From the NCBI GenBank assembly GCA_965242965.1, contig OZ251518.1:2848001-2912000 (forward strand): a stretch of 64,000 nt of DNA, read 5' to 3'. The position numbers and the translations under genes were made by a program. The DNA is from Candidatus Poribacteria bacterium (lineage in GTDB: Bacteria; Poribacteria; WGA-4E; WGA-3G). This document shows, piece by piece, positions 10,553 through 19,663 of this stretch. Positions within the stretch are counted from its first letter, which is position 1. Each line of letters opens with the position of its first letter. The notes beneath the pieces are model-generated. The model saw only the letters and a list, made by a program, of their open reading frames with translations, was not told where the DNA came from and did no database searches.

Positions 10553-10864
10553 TTATTCTTCCTCTTCCGCCTCGGCTTCTTCCGCACTACTGACAAGGCG
10601 GACGTAACCCATGCGGAGTTGATAGAGAGAATTTGCTAAGAAATTCGCCTCCGGCGCGACGAGGTTACCCTTCGTCTTCTCCTCAAGGAGTTCAAGACTA
10701 TCAATGATACGTTTGACTAAAGGGAGACTGATGACAACTTCGTCTGTCTCTGGGTTGTGGACACCCTCCATGTAGAGTTGCGCCGTGGTCACCAGGTCAT
10801 TGACAAACGTGATAAAGTTCATCGGTGGAAGTGCGTTTATATCTTGATCTCGCGGTGTATCCAT
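10553..10864 (-). CDS. DUF1844-like protein
   Basis: IDSLELLEEKTKGNLVAPE...LYQLRMGYV pattern. Confidence 0.8.
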   Translation of the reverse strand: MDTPRDQDINALPPMNFITFVNDLVTTAQLYMEGVHNPETDEVVISLPLVKRIIDSLELLEEKTKGNLVAPEANFLANSLYQLRMGYVRLVSSAEEAEAEEEE

Positions 10865-10878
10865 GTCGCTGCTCCTCC

Positions 10879-11256
10879 CTAGTCGTCATCGTCATCAAAG
10901 AGAATGATTTGCGCGAGCAAACTTCCCGCTTGATTGTTGTTGTGCGGTGTCTCGTTCATGGCGAGGAAGATAACACCGTCATCGGGTGCGGGGTTGTCGT
11001 AACGCGAGCCGACAGCGAAGACGGTATCTCCGATTTTCGCGATGAGGGCCCCGATGTTTGTGCCGGGGAGCAGATAGGCGGCACTGCCGGGCGTATTCGC
11101 AACACCGTCGCCGCCACACCAGCCTATCCGATTTTGTAAATCGGGAGACCAGGCACCTTCCGCGTCAATAACGAGTCGTTGTCCCTTTTTGACGCGAACG
11201 TAACTCTCCTGCCAGATGGGGCTTGGGCGGGCTGTGCGGATAACTGTTAATGCCAT
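10879..11256 (-). CDS. Small LecA/PA-IL-like beta-sandwich protein
   Basis: WQ..V.VKKGQ.L.I.AEG.W, GALIAKIG, IFLAMNE, NNQAGSL motifs; ATG preceded by GGAG. Confidence 0.6.
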   Translation of the reverse strand: MALTVIRTARPSPIWQESYVRVKKGQRLVIDAEGAWSPDLQNRIGWCGGDGVANTPGSAAYLLPGTNIGALIAKIGDTVFAVGSRYDNPAPDDGVIFLAMNETPHNNNQAGSLLAQIILFDDDDD

Positions 11257-11308
11257 TCTGTTTCTCCATTTCGTTTTGGGAGGCGCGGTCAGAAACCGCG
11301 CCTTTCGG

Positions 11309-11911
11309 TTACTCTGTCTTATCACGAATCGTGATATTCGTAATCGCGTCGTCCATGACGATGCTGTCAACTACCTCCATCCCGCTGATGACGGTGCCGA
11401 AGACGGTATAATCGCTATCAATAAGCGTTGTATCGCGGCAGATGAAGAATTCGGAGGCATCGGCTACGCTGGCCCCCACCTCCTTCGCCATGGCGACAAC
11501 GCCGCGCGACATCTTCTGCGAGCCGTTTTCTATGGGGATGGTTTCGTTCCTCACAAAGCGCGAACCGGCTTGGATGAGCAGCGGTTCCACGCGGTGGAAT
11601 TTCTCATCCTTGTAGTTGTTGAGGTTCGCGTTTTTGATGAAATTCCGCGCGGTTTCGGGTGCCGCCGCGAGGAATTCAAACTCTATCTTGCCCTTCGCTG
11701 TCTCAATAACAGCGATGACACTGGTTGGGTCGATCGCGGGTTTCGCGGTGGTTTGCACGGTGCCGGTGCTAGCCCGTCTCGCGCGCGGCGCGGGTGCCTT
11801 CTTCTCCTCCTGCGTGCAACTCATCAAGAGCGGCAAAAACGAGCCCGCCACAATGAGCAGCGCGGCCAGGACGAGGCTATGGCATCGGTGATACTGCTGT
11901 CGCTTGAACAT
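11309..11911 (-). CDS. Cyclophilin-type PPIase lipoprotein (divergent)
   Basis: IETAKGKI, APETARNF, FHRV, RGVVAMA, YTVFGTVISGMEVVDSI; lipobox-like LMSC. Confidence 0.85.
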   Translation of the reverse strand: MFKRQQYHRCHSLVLAALLIVAGSFLPLLMSCTQEEKKAPAPRARRASTGTVQTTAKPAIDPTSVIAVIETAKGKIEFEFLAAAPETARNFIKNANLNNYKDEKFHRVEPLLIQAGSRFVRNETIPIENGSQKMSRGVVAMAKEVGASVADASEFFICRDTTLIDSDYTVFGTVISGMEVVDSIVMDDAITNITIRDKTE

Positions 11912-12461
11912 ATTTTGACTTCGCCTCCAATCGGATGGTTGTCATGACATCGCCCATCTCCAATAGATCGACGATATCCATGCCGTGGATTACACTCCCG
12001 AATGTGGTGTAATTTCCATCAAGGTGAGGTTGCGGTTTCAGACAGATGTAGAACTGACTCCCGGCAGAATTCGGCATGTTCGCCCGCGCCATCGCCACGG
12101 TGCCTCTCAGGTGGGGACGCTGGTTCGGGTTCGTATACTCGTCAACAATGTTCCAACCGGGTCCGCCTGTTCCATCGCCTTCCGGGCACCCACCTTGAAT
12201 GATATTCAGCCCAGTTTCGTCGACTTTACGGTGGAACGTCAATCCATCGTAAAATTTCTGGCTGATGAGTTTTGTGAAGTTCTCAACTGCCACGGGTGCG
12301 GCATCGGGATAAAACTCAATGACGAATTGACCTTTGTCGGTTGTGACGACTGCTACTTGCTCTTCCGGCTCTTCCGGCAGTTGAGTGCCGCCGGGGAGCA
12401 GTGCGCAGCCGACTAGCGTTTGCAAAACAAGAAACAGTAGAAAATACGCAGTTGTTTTCAT
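11877..12461 (-). CDS. Cyclophilin-type PPIase lipoprotein
   Basis: FYDGLTFHR, IQGG, GTGGPG, RGTVAMAR, SAGSQFYI, HLDGNYTTFG; lipobox LVGC. Confidence 0.93.
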   Translation of the reverse strand: MKTTAYFLLFLVLQTLVGCALLPGGTQLPEEPEEQVAVVTTDKGQFVIEFYPDAAPVAVENFTKLISQKFYDGLTFHRKVDETGLNIIQGGCPEGDGTGGPGWNIVDEYTNPNQRPHLRGTVAMARANMPNSAGSQFYICLKPQPHLDGNYTTFGSVIHGMDIVDLLEMGDVMTTIRLEAKSKYVQATAVSPMP

Positions 12462-12489
12462 GAAAGTTCCTTACAATTGAATGCTGTCT

Positions 12490-12645
12490 TGGTAGGCGAG
12501 ACCTCCTGGTCTCGATGCGTTCGGTAAAAGCAAGCCTACCAAGGCAAGTGGACTAAGGTAGGCGAAACCTCCCGGTCTCAACTCCCCCGGTAGGCGAGAC
12601 CTCCCGGTCTCGATGCGTTCGGTAAAAGCACACCTACCAAGGCAG
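12490..12645. repeat. REP cluster (GTAGGCGAGACCTCCYGGTCTCGA)
   Basis: Three copies, two followed by TGCGTTCGGTAAAAGCA..CCTACCAAGGCA. Confidence 0.8.
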
Positions 12646-12650
12646 TTGAA

Positions 12651-13400
12651 CTAACGGGATTTCAAGCGTGCCCAAGTAGTTGCCAACTTATCGCGTGCAT
12701 TAACCGCCAGCGCGAAAGGTTGCTCCATGTCCGCTAGCAACTCTTCCTTCGTCAAAGCGTAGTTATACATTTTGATTTCATCAAGCGCGCCGGTGAGAAA
12801 GCGTCCACTTCCGCCGCGTGCGCCGATGAAAAGCGCGTCATCGTTCGGGCTCAACTTGCCTTTACAGTCCATCTCTGCTTCAAGTTCACCGTCGATGTAA
12901 AGCCGAATGGTATCGCCGTCCCATGTGCCAGCGAGGAAATGCCACTCGCCATCTTGAATACTGGGTCCGATGTTTTCGTCGTTGCATGCATCTGGCAGAT
13001 CGAAGAATTGCAAGATGGTGCCGCCGTTATAGAGCGCGGCGAGGTTATACAAACCCGATACCCAAGCGTTCCCCTTTTCAACGCCGCTCTGGATTGCTTC
13101 GCCGCCTTCGATAAACACCCAGAATTCAATGGTGAGTTCTTCGACAATGTCAAGGCTCCCGTGGTCTGGGATTTGCGCAGAGGTTTTTCCATCAAACGCC
13201 ACGGCTTTCCCGAAAACGCCATCAATCAACTCGGGTTTGCCCTTGAAAGTTGCGTCGTTGCCGAATTCGGACACGTCGGCGGCAACGTCGCCGCTCAGTT
13301 CATCAAGCGGCAGGTGCAGCACGAGTTCTTGCGCGTTGCACACCGTCACTACGCCGATGAACAGCAGCCCGCATAGGCATAAAATAGCTAGTTGTTTCAT
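12651..13400 (-). CDS. Secreted LamG/concanavalin-like domain protein
   Basis: Signal peptide; G.FGKA..FDG, WHFLAGTWDG, LYIDG, GALDEIKMYNYALT; C-terminal VNARDKLATTWARLKSR. Confidence 0.9.
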   Translation of the reverse strand: MKQLAILCLCGLLFIGVVTVCNAQELVLHLPLDELSGDVAADVSEFGNDATFKGKPELIDGVFGKAVAFDGKTSAQIPDHGSLDIVEELTIEFWVFIEGGEAIQSGVEKGNAWVSGLYNLAALYNGGTILQFFDLPDACNDENIGPSIQDGEWHFLAGTWDGDTIRLYIDGELEAEMDCKGKLSPNDDALFIGARGGSGRFLTGALDEIKMYNYALTKEELLADMEQPFALAVNARDKLATTWARLKSR

Positions 13401-13529
13401 ATTGAATCCTCCGTCAAATCATCGATAAAAGTGCTGTTTGGATGTCAACAAGATTAAAATAGCAAAAATGTTAAAAAAAGTCAAGGGTTTATTTTGTGGT
13501 TTCGTGAGATTCCGAACGATGCCGTTTCC

Positions 13530-13800
13530 CCGGTAGGAGAGACCTCCTGGTCTCGATGCAATACTATAAACGTTATTAAGGTCCTACGGACCTTGATAGG
13601 GTGAAACACGTTTTTCTATAGACATTAAGGTCCTACGGACCTAAAAGAGGTTTTTGATAGATCGCAGCATGGCGAGGGACAGGCCCTCGCCCTACGGTGA
13701 GGGAGCGTTTTTCAGTCAAGAAGATGCGGGGGCCTGTCCCCCGCGAACGTTGCATGGCGAGGGACAGGCCCTCGCCCTACGCGGAGGGGAGGCGTTTTTC
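13530..13800. repeat. REP mosaic
   Basis: GAGACC, CTATAGACATTAAGGTCCTACGGACCT and GGCGAGGGACAGGCCCTCGCCCTAC units. Confidence 0.85.
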
Positions 13801-13812
13801 GACGAGGCGCGT

Positions 13813-14832
13813 CTATTCCGCATCGTAAATCGCAAGCTTCCTACGCAACGTCTTGCGGGCAATGCCCAAAACCGCCGCGGTCCGCGCCTGATTCCTACCC
13901 AGGCTCTCGTAAGTCTCTAGGATATACCGCTTTTCTACTTCCGCCAACGTGAACCCAATCGGGGCAATTGGCTGAAATTGCTTTTGAGAGAACTGAGTTT
14001 CTGACGAAGTGCCGACAGGTTGGAGCTCCGGTTTCCGAATTCTAACGGGGAGGTGCATCGGTAAGATAACGTCTCCTTGTGCGAAGACGATTGCACAAAC
14101 GACGACTTTTCTCAACTCGCGGACATTCCCCGGCCATGCGTAATTTTCGAGGCGTGCTAAAGTTTCGGGAGCGATGCCGCCGACATCTCGCCCCAAGCGT
14201 TGGCTTTCTTCTGCCAGAAAGTAGTCTACCAACAACGGGATGTCCCCTACCCGTTCCCGGAGCGGCGGCAAATCGATAGTAAACCCCTCCACCCGATAAT
14301 AGAGATCTTGGCGAAAGGTGCCAGCACTCACCTCGGCCTCAAGGTTGCGGTTGGTGGCAGCCACCAGTCGGACATCAACGTAAATCTTTTTTGTGCCGCC
14401 GAGGTGTTCAATCTCGCCGTTCTCTAACGCTCGAAGCAATTTGGGTTGAAGGAGTAGGGACAGTTCCGCGATTTCATCTAGGAATAATGTGCCCTTGTCT
14501 GCCAATTCAAACTTACCGGGCTTCTCTTCGTATGCGTCCGTATACGCGCCCCTCTCATGCCCGAACATTTCGTCCTCCATGAGCGTCGCCGGAATTGCAG
14601 CACAATTGACCGTAATCTTCTTTTTTTCGGCGCGACGGCTATTCGTGTGCAAGGCTTCTGCGACGAGCTCCTTGCCGGTGCCCGTTTCACCTTGAATCAG
14701 CACGGAGATGGGGACATCCGCGAACAGATCGATTTGCTTGAGGACTTCAAGCATCTGTGGGCTCTTGCCAATGATGCCGGCATAATTGCCCTTCAAGGTA
14801 TCTCTGGCATTTTTCCCGGTGTCGTTTTTCAC
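13813..14832 (-). CDS. Sigma54-dependent enhancer-binding activator without N-terminal sensor (AAA+ plus Fis HTH)
   Basis: GETGTGKE, GAYTDA, LFLDEI, RQDLYYR, WPGNVREL, C-terminal HTH; only about 18 residues precede the AAA+ domain. Confidence 0.93.
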   Translation of the reverse strand: MKNDTGKNARDTLKGNYAGIIGKSPQMLEVLKQIDLFADVPISVLIQGETGTGKELVAEALHTNSRRAEKKKITVNCAAIPATLMEDEMFGHERGAYTDAYEEKPGKFELADKGTLFLDEIAELSLLLQPKLLRALENGEIEHLGGTKKIYVDVRLVAATNRNLEAEVSAGTFRQDLYYRVEGFTIDLPPLRERVGDIPLLVDYFLAEESQRLGRDVGGIAPETLARLENYAWPGNVRELRKVVVCAIVFAQGDVILPMHLPVRIRKPELQPVGTSSETQFSQKQFQPIAPIGFTLAEVEKRYILETYESLGRNQARTAAVLGIARKTLRRKLAIYDAE

Positions 14833-14922
14833 CGCTTTTCCTCTCTTTTTAAGGCAGCTGCTATGCTAGTGTGGTTTGACTCAAGTGCGCTCTTTTTCGG
14901 GAGCGTTGGCCACATTTGGGGA

Positions 14923-14952
14923 ATATGATAACAGAATTTCTTAAAATGTCAA
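14923..14952 (-). promoter_or_regulatory. Sigma70-type promoter for the activator gene
   Basis: TTGACA-17-TATCAT with extended TG on the minus strand. Confidence 0.55.
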
Positions 14953-14994
14953 GGAAAATACGAAAAAAGTTTCGGCTAGTGTCAAGAGACAATA

Positions 14995-15343
14995 CCGGTA
15001 GGAGAGACCTCCTGGTCTCGATTCCTCCGCGAACGGGCGATGGCGCGCCGTAGGAGAGACCTCCTGGTCTCGATGCAACATTAAGGTCCTACGGACCTTG
15101 ATAGGGTAAGTCACGTGTTTCTATAGACATTAAGGTCCTACGGACCTAAAAGAGCGGTTTGATGGACCGCAGCATGGCGAGGGACAGGCCCTCGCCCTAC
15201 GATAAAGGGGGCCGTTCTGCTACCAAGAGACCCTCCCCATACCGGAGCGCGGGAGTGCATCGAGACCGGGAGGTCTCTCCTACCGGGGGCATCGCTCGCA
15301 GCGAGACCGGGACGGCGCACAAACAGATTTATGAAACACCCTC
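14995..15343. repeat. REP mosaic ending in TIR ATTTATGAAACACCCTC
   Basis: GAGACC x3, AGGTCC and GGCGAGGG units plus right TIR. Confidence 0.85.
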
Positions 15344-15349
15344 ACTTAG

Positions 15350-16120
15350 CTACGGTAAGTCCAGAAACGTATAAGGGTCAATCCCATCAGAAAAATCCAG
15401 AATGCGAATCCCTGGTGGGGTTTCACCATTGAGCATTTGTTCTGTCTCGGCTTCGGAAACGCCGGAGCCGACAAGTATCGCGCTATCAACAGAATGAGCG
15501 TCACCATTTTCTATCTCTTCCCACCTCTCTTCATAGCGGAGATACACGGTGTTCGGATAGAGTGGCAGCACCAAGCCGTTTTCAAAAGTGCCGCCCTCCA
15601 GCTCGGTGTGGCCCTGGTTCCAGAGTTTAATGAAAACACGGGTCATCAACTCAAACTTGATGCGGATATCTTCATTAAACCGCGCCATCACTTCTTCGGG
15701 CCGGTGCCACGACACATGGAGTGGCGGGAAATCGGATGGCACTTCGGGATATGGACCGAAACCAAAGGGTGAAACGCGCACCGCCTCGACAGGTGCCTCT
15801 TCAGGCGGTGTCTCCAGCCATGAGATGCCCTCGGTTTCACCGATGTCCCTCTCCGCCGGCACCGCCGCGGTGATTTCGGGTAACCTTTCTTCACCATCAT
15901 TAGTGACAGCAACTGTCTCGGTGTGTGCGTCAAGACGCATATCACCGTTTGTTGGATGCTGTGGTTCAGTGTCGGAGTTTTCCTTCTCCTGCACCGCAAC
16001 GGGTGGCGTGGGGAGTGAGGCGTTGAACCGCTTCAGTTCCCACTGCGCATAGAAGGAGATACTCCCGATTATCGCGAGCGCAAGGATGACCGCACTGACG
16101 ATGACGTTACGGGGTTTCAT
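15350..16120 (-). CDS. Membrane-anchored hypothetical protein (WELKRFNASLP family, distinct C-terminus)
   Basis: AGGAGG RBS; N-terminal TM followed by WELKRFNASLP; SPFGFGPYPEVPSDFP motif. Confidence 0.8.
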   Translation of the reverse strand: MKPRNVIVSAVILALAIIGSISFYAQWELKRFNASLPTPPVAVQEKENSDTEPQHPTNGDMRLDAHTETVAVTNDGEERLPEITAAVPAERDIGETEGISWLETPPEEAPVEAVRVSPFGFGPYPEVPSDFPPLHVSWHRPEEVMARFNEDIRIKFELMTRVFIKLWNQGHTELEGGTFENGLVLPLYPNTVYLRYEERWEEIENGDAHSVDSAILVGSGVSEAETEQMLNGETPPGIRILDFSDGIDPYTFLDLP

Positions 16121-16291
16121 GACTTGACTACCTCCTTTCTGTAGGGCAAACGGATATGAAAATTCAGATCGAAATCGGCGGAGAGGAACAGGCACTCGCA
16201 ATGCCGCGGCGCACGCGGGGGACAAACCTCCGGTAGGAGAGACCTCCCGGTCTCGATTCCCCCGCACTGTGTGCCAAGCAGTTATCGCATG

Positions 16292-17044
16292 TCACTCTCC
16301 AATCCGCGGTGTCCAATTGAATTGGTCGAGAGTCCCTTCTTCCAGAGCCAATTGCTTAGATTCCTTGAGATATTCAAGGTGATCTGCCACGACTTGAATC
16401 CCTTCTGGAATTACAAGCCCGGGCATGAGCCGCAAAAGGGCTTCTGTGCTGGCAATGGCATCGTCAATTGTTGCCGTTCCCGCATTGCCGCGTCGGACTG
16501 TCTCAACGAGGATATCCACATCCGGAGAATCCCCCCATTGTTCACGCCAGGCTTCGTCAAGGCGTTGGTAAGCATACGCCGGATTGGTAGCAAGATAAGC
16601 ATTGTAATCCGCAAATCCTGCTTCGACTTTCGCCATGTCGTAAGGCACTTCTGGCTGCCCTTGCGTGAATTCTTCTTCCGATTCAACCGGCACCGTTTCG
16701 GTTTCTTCCAGAAACAGGTCGAGCGCGCTTCCAGTAAACTCCGACGGCGGTTCTTCAACAACTGAAAAGGTTTCTGCGCTTCTCGCCGAATCGGTGCCCT
16801 GTCCCTCTGGTGCTGCTTTCAGCAGTGGGCTTTCGGAAACCGAGGCGGTTGGCGGTTGTGGGACTTCCTGGTGAGTGTTCTCCGACAGTGCGGCAGCATT
16901 CGGTGCCGTGTCTACTGAGGGAACTTCGGGCAGCGATGCGTCAAACCGCTTTATTTCCCACTCGACGTAGATGAAAAGGCCGGCACAGACAAGGATAACC
17001 AGGATAGAAATTCCCGCAATCCGTTTCAAGTCTGCTGAGTTCAT
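16292..17044 (-). CDS. Membrane-anchored hypothetical protein (family X, paralog of 18889-19629)
   Basis: TM followed by WEIKRFDASLPEVP; PEVPYDMAKV.AGF.DYNAYL...AYQRLDEA shared with 18889-19629. Confidence 0.85.
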   Translation of the reverse strand: MNSADLKRIAGISILVILVCAGLFIYVEWEIKRFDASLPEVPSVDTAPNAAALSENTHQEVPQPPTASVSESPLLKAAPEGQGTDSARSAETFSVVEEPPSEFTGSALDLFLEETETVPVESEEEFTQGQPEVPYDMAKVEAGFADYNAYLATNPAYAYQRLDEAWREQWGDSPDVDILVETVRRGNAGTATIDDAIASTEALLRLMPGLVIPEGIQVVADHLEYLKESKQLALEEGTLDQFNWTPRIGE

Positions 17045-17099
17045 AATGTTTCTCCTTCCCTACTGGGTTGAGGTTGCGTCTGTCCTAATCCACTTAGGT

Positions 17100-17367
17100 C
17101 AGGGTGTTTCATAAATCCGTGTCGGTAGTTATCCCCCCTTGGAGGACGGGCGAATACCGAAAGGCATCGGGTCCACCTCTGTAGTTCGGGAGCGGGCGCT
17201 CCCGAACAGGTCAGGATCAGGCGATCCTGACCTACAGGGGTGAGGCGGTCTGCTAGCCAAACGCATGGCGAGGGACAGGCCCTCGCCCTACGATAAAGGG
17301 CGGCGTTTTTTTCACCGCAGCGCGGGGGCCTGTCCCCGCGACGTTGAACGATTTATGAAACACCCTC
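17100..17367. mobile_element. MITE-like element with TIRs carrying REP units
   Basis: CAGGGTGTTTCATAAAT ... ATTTATGAAACACCCTC; interior similar to 4238-, 20955- and 31606- copies. Confidence 0.8.
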
Positions 17368-17403
17368 AATTAGATCTGGACAGTTTTGCGATGCCAAGAC
17401 AGG

Positions 17404-18336
17404 CTACTCTTTCTCTGGCAGCAAGAAAGCTTCTACGCTAAAGTGGAAGCGTATTGTCTCCGTTTCAAGAGAGCCTTGCTTCCGGAGCAAATTGCTGATG
17501 TTTTTGAGCCTTTCAAGCGAACGTTCCGCTGTTTGAATCATTTCAGCATACTTTTGGGCATCCGTCTCTTTCATTACCTGAAGTTGCAGTTCTGTCAACT
17601 CAATCACCTCGGGATAGGTGGCTTTCTTCTTCGGTGCGAGAGCGAGCACGGTGTCAACTATTTTTTCAACGAGCGGATGTTCACCATATTGCAAGGCGAG
17701 TAGCGCGACCAGTTCAGCCCGTGCCGCTTCTGCATCCGTGTCGCGAAGTTTTTCAAAAGCCGCTGCATGCTTGCGCCCTAACCGAAGCACCTCTGCATCT
17801 GTGCCGTGAAGTTTTTCAAAAGCCGCTACATGCTTGCGCGCCAACCGAAGCACCTCGCTCTTGCTCGCCGGGACAGGTTTTTCCACGTCGGTTTTCGGCG
17901 CGTGACTGTGGTGATGCAACGCTTTTTCCATAGCGGCGAACCGTTGGAATGCCTCTTGGTGACGATGTATCTGGACCGAATACTTTTTGACATTGATCTT
18001 CGTTAGCATTCGGATTTCTAATTCAGACACCCGTTTCACATCCGAAGGATGCTCCGTTCCGTTCTGGCTAATGCGGAAGTAGAGCGGCACCCATTCTTCG
18101 GCGAGGCGATGTCCGCCAAACAAGGTGTTGGCAACCTGTTGAAGTTCGGCGCGTGCCGCTTTCGCATCCGTAGCGAGGAGTTCTTGAAAGCGTGTCAGTT
18201 CCTCACCCCAAAGCGTATTGCTGACGAGGCTGAGTTGCGGGGGCACAGTTTCTGAGGTGTCTTCTAACTCACCAAAAGAAAACGTTCCGAGCGTGCAAAG
18301 GACCAGGCATAGCAGGTTCATGATTCCAAATCGCAT
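17404..18336 (-). CDS. Secreted helical hypothetical protein (family Y, paralog of 19664-20518)
   Basis: AAGGAGG RBS, signal peptide; LFGGH.LAEEWVPLYFRIS..G.EH.SDVKRVSELEIRMLT shared with 19664-20518; 21-aa tandem repeat. Confidence 0.85.
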   Translation of the reverse strand: MRFGIMNLLCLVLCTLGTFSFGELEDTSETVPPQLSLVSNTLWGEELTRFQELLATDAKAARAELQQVANTLFGGHRLAEEWVPLYFRISQNGTEHPSDVKRVSELEIRMLTKINVKKYSVQIHRHQEAFQRFAAMEKALHHHSHAPKTDVEKPVPASKSEVLRLARKHVAAFEKLHGTDAEVLRLGRKHAAAFEKLRDTDAEAARAELVALLALQYGEHPLVEKIVDTVLALAPKKKATYPEVIELTELQLQVMKETDAQKYAEMIQTAERSLERLKNISNLLRKQGSLETETIRFHFSVEAFLLPEKE

Positions 18337-18406
18337 GAGAAACCTCCTTGTGAAAAGGCAGGGCGCGCTTTTCGGCGTTAAAGGCACCCCGCTACTCCTC
18401 ACGATT

Positions 18407-18830
18407 TTTCAGATACCCCAGTCTAAAGACTGGGGATTGTATTCCTTTTAGAGGACACGTTCTCCAGCGACTGGCGGCTTTGCGTTTCGTAGAGGTTGGC
18501 AACCCAACGCTCTCCACGCGACCCCTCAGCAGGGTCAAGAGTGTTATTTGTATCTGGTAGGTGTTTTTGAACAGCGATTATCTCCCTCGCATCAGGTCCC
18601 GTTTCGTCGGTATTGGCTTGCGTATTATTTCACGTCGCACCAAGCAGCGACGGTGGACTGCGTTGTTCACTCGAACGCAGCATTCACACTCAAACCTAGC
18701 AGACTGGTATAGATTATACCACATTTTTCAACCGAATGCAAATCTTTTTTTCTCATGTTTGCACTGACAAAAGAGGGCGGACTTTCCTCCCCAGACCCGT
18801 ATGGGGTTTCCAGTCCGTAAATTTAGATGA
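18407..18830 (-). mobile_element. Non-coding IS200/IS605-like mini-element with internal promoter and omegaRNA-like 3' end
   Basis: Subterminal hairpins CCCCAGTCTAAAGACTGGGG and CGGACT..CCCCA..TGGGG..AGTCCG; minus-strand GCGTGGAGAG...CTCTACGAAACGC; no ORF; TTGCAT-17-TATAAT promoter. Confidence 0.6.
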
Positions 18831-18888
18831 AGATGGACACACGTATCCACAAGACCGCGGGTGGCCGTGAAATACGATGGCACAATCT

Positions 18889-19629
18889 TCATCTGATATC
18901 GCGTCCGTAATTGAGTTGGATAGTAGCCCCCTCTTCAAGGGCTAATTGTTTGATTTCGTGGAGATATGCCAGATGATCAGCGACTATCTGCACCCCTTCA
19001 GGGGCAACAAGCCCGTGCATGAGCCGCAAAAACGCGCTTGTGTTGTCAATAGCATCGTCAATTGTGGCGGTGCCATCATTGAAACGGCTAAAGGTTTCAA
19101 CGAGAATATCGACATCCGGCGAATCCCCATATTGCTCCCGAAATGCCTCGTCTAAGCGTTGATAGGCATAACCCGGGTCTGTTTCCAGATAGGCATTGTA
19201 ATCATCAAATCCCGCTTGGACCTTCGCCATGTCGTAGGGAACCTCCGGTTCGCTCTCCATGAAGTCTTCGGGTTCAAGTAAATCCCCATCTGTTTCTTCG
19301 ATAAACAGGTAGGGGGGCTCATCAAGCGGTGCCGATGGCGGTTCTTCGGCAACCGAGGCAATTTCTGCAAGTCCGGCGGCATCGGTTTCGGTGTTGTCCG
19401 ATTCGGCTGTCCACCGCGATGTTTCGGAAACCGATAAGGCGGCGGTCTGGGTGCGCTCCTGGCGTGTCCGTTCGGAAGGGCCGGCGGTGTCTACCGGGGG
19501 AACTTCGGGCAGCGATGCGTTAAACCGCTTTAATTCCCATCGTTCGTAAACAAAAAAGCCAGCACAGATAAGGACGGCTAGGAGGAGCGCGCCGCCGATA
19601 ATACCGAGATTCTGTCGTCGCAATTTCAT
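18889..19629 (-). CDS. Membrane-anchored hypothetical protein (family X)
   Basis: AAGGAG RBS; TM followed by WELKRFNASLPEVP; C-terminal half closely similar to 16292-17044. Confidence 0.85.
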   Translation of the reverse strand: MKLRRQNLGIIGGALLLAVLICAGFFVYERWELKRFNASLPEVPPVDTAGPSERTRQERTQTAALSVSETSRWTAESDNTETDAAGLAEIASVAEEPPSAPLDEPPYLFIEETDGDLLEPEDFMESEPEVPYDMAKVQAGFDDYNAYLETDPGYAYQRLDEAFREQYGDSPDVDILVETFSRFNDGTATIDDAIDNTSAFLRLMHGLVAPEGVQIVADHLAYLHEIKQLALEEGATIQLNYGRDIR

Positions 19630-19663
19630 GTCGTTCTCCTTTCAGATTGGGGCGGCCCCTGTA

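Noticed and set aside
16258-16276. Third sigma54 promoter (TGGCACACAGTGC)
   Set aside because: The GG-to-GC spacing does not fit -24/-12
18585-18612. Hammerhead ribozyme (GACGAAAC...CTGATG on the minus strand)
   Set aside because: The core reads CUGAUGC rather than CUGANGA, and there is no room for stems III and I between the motifs
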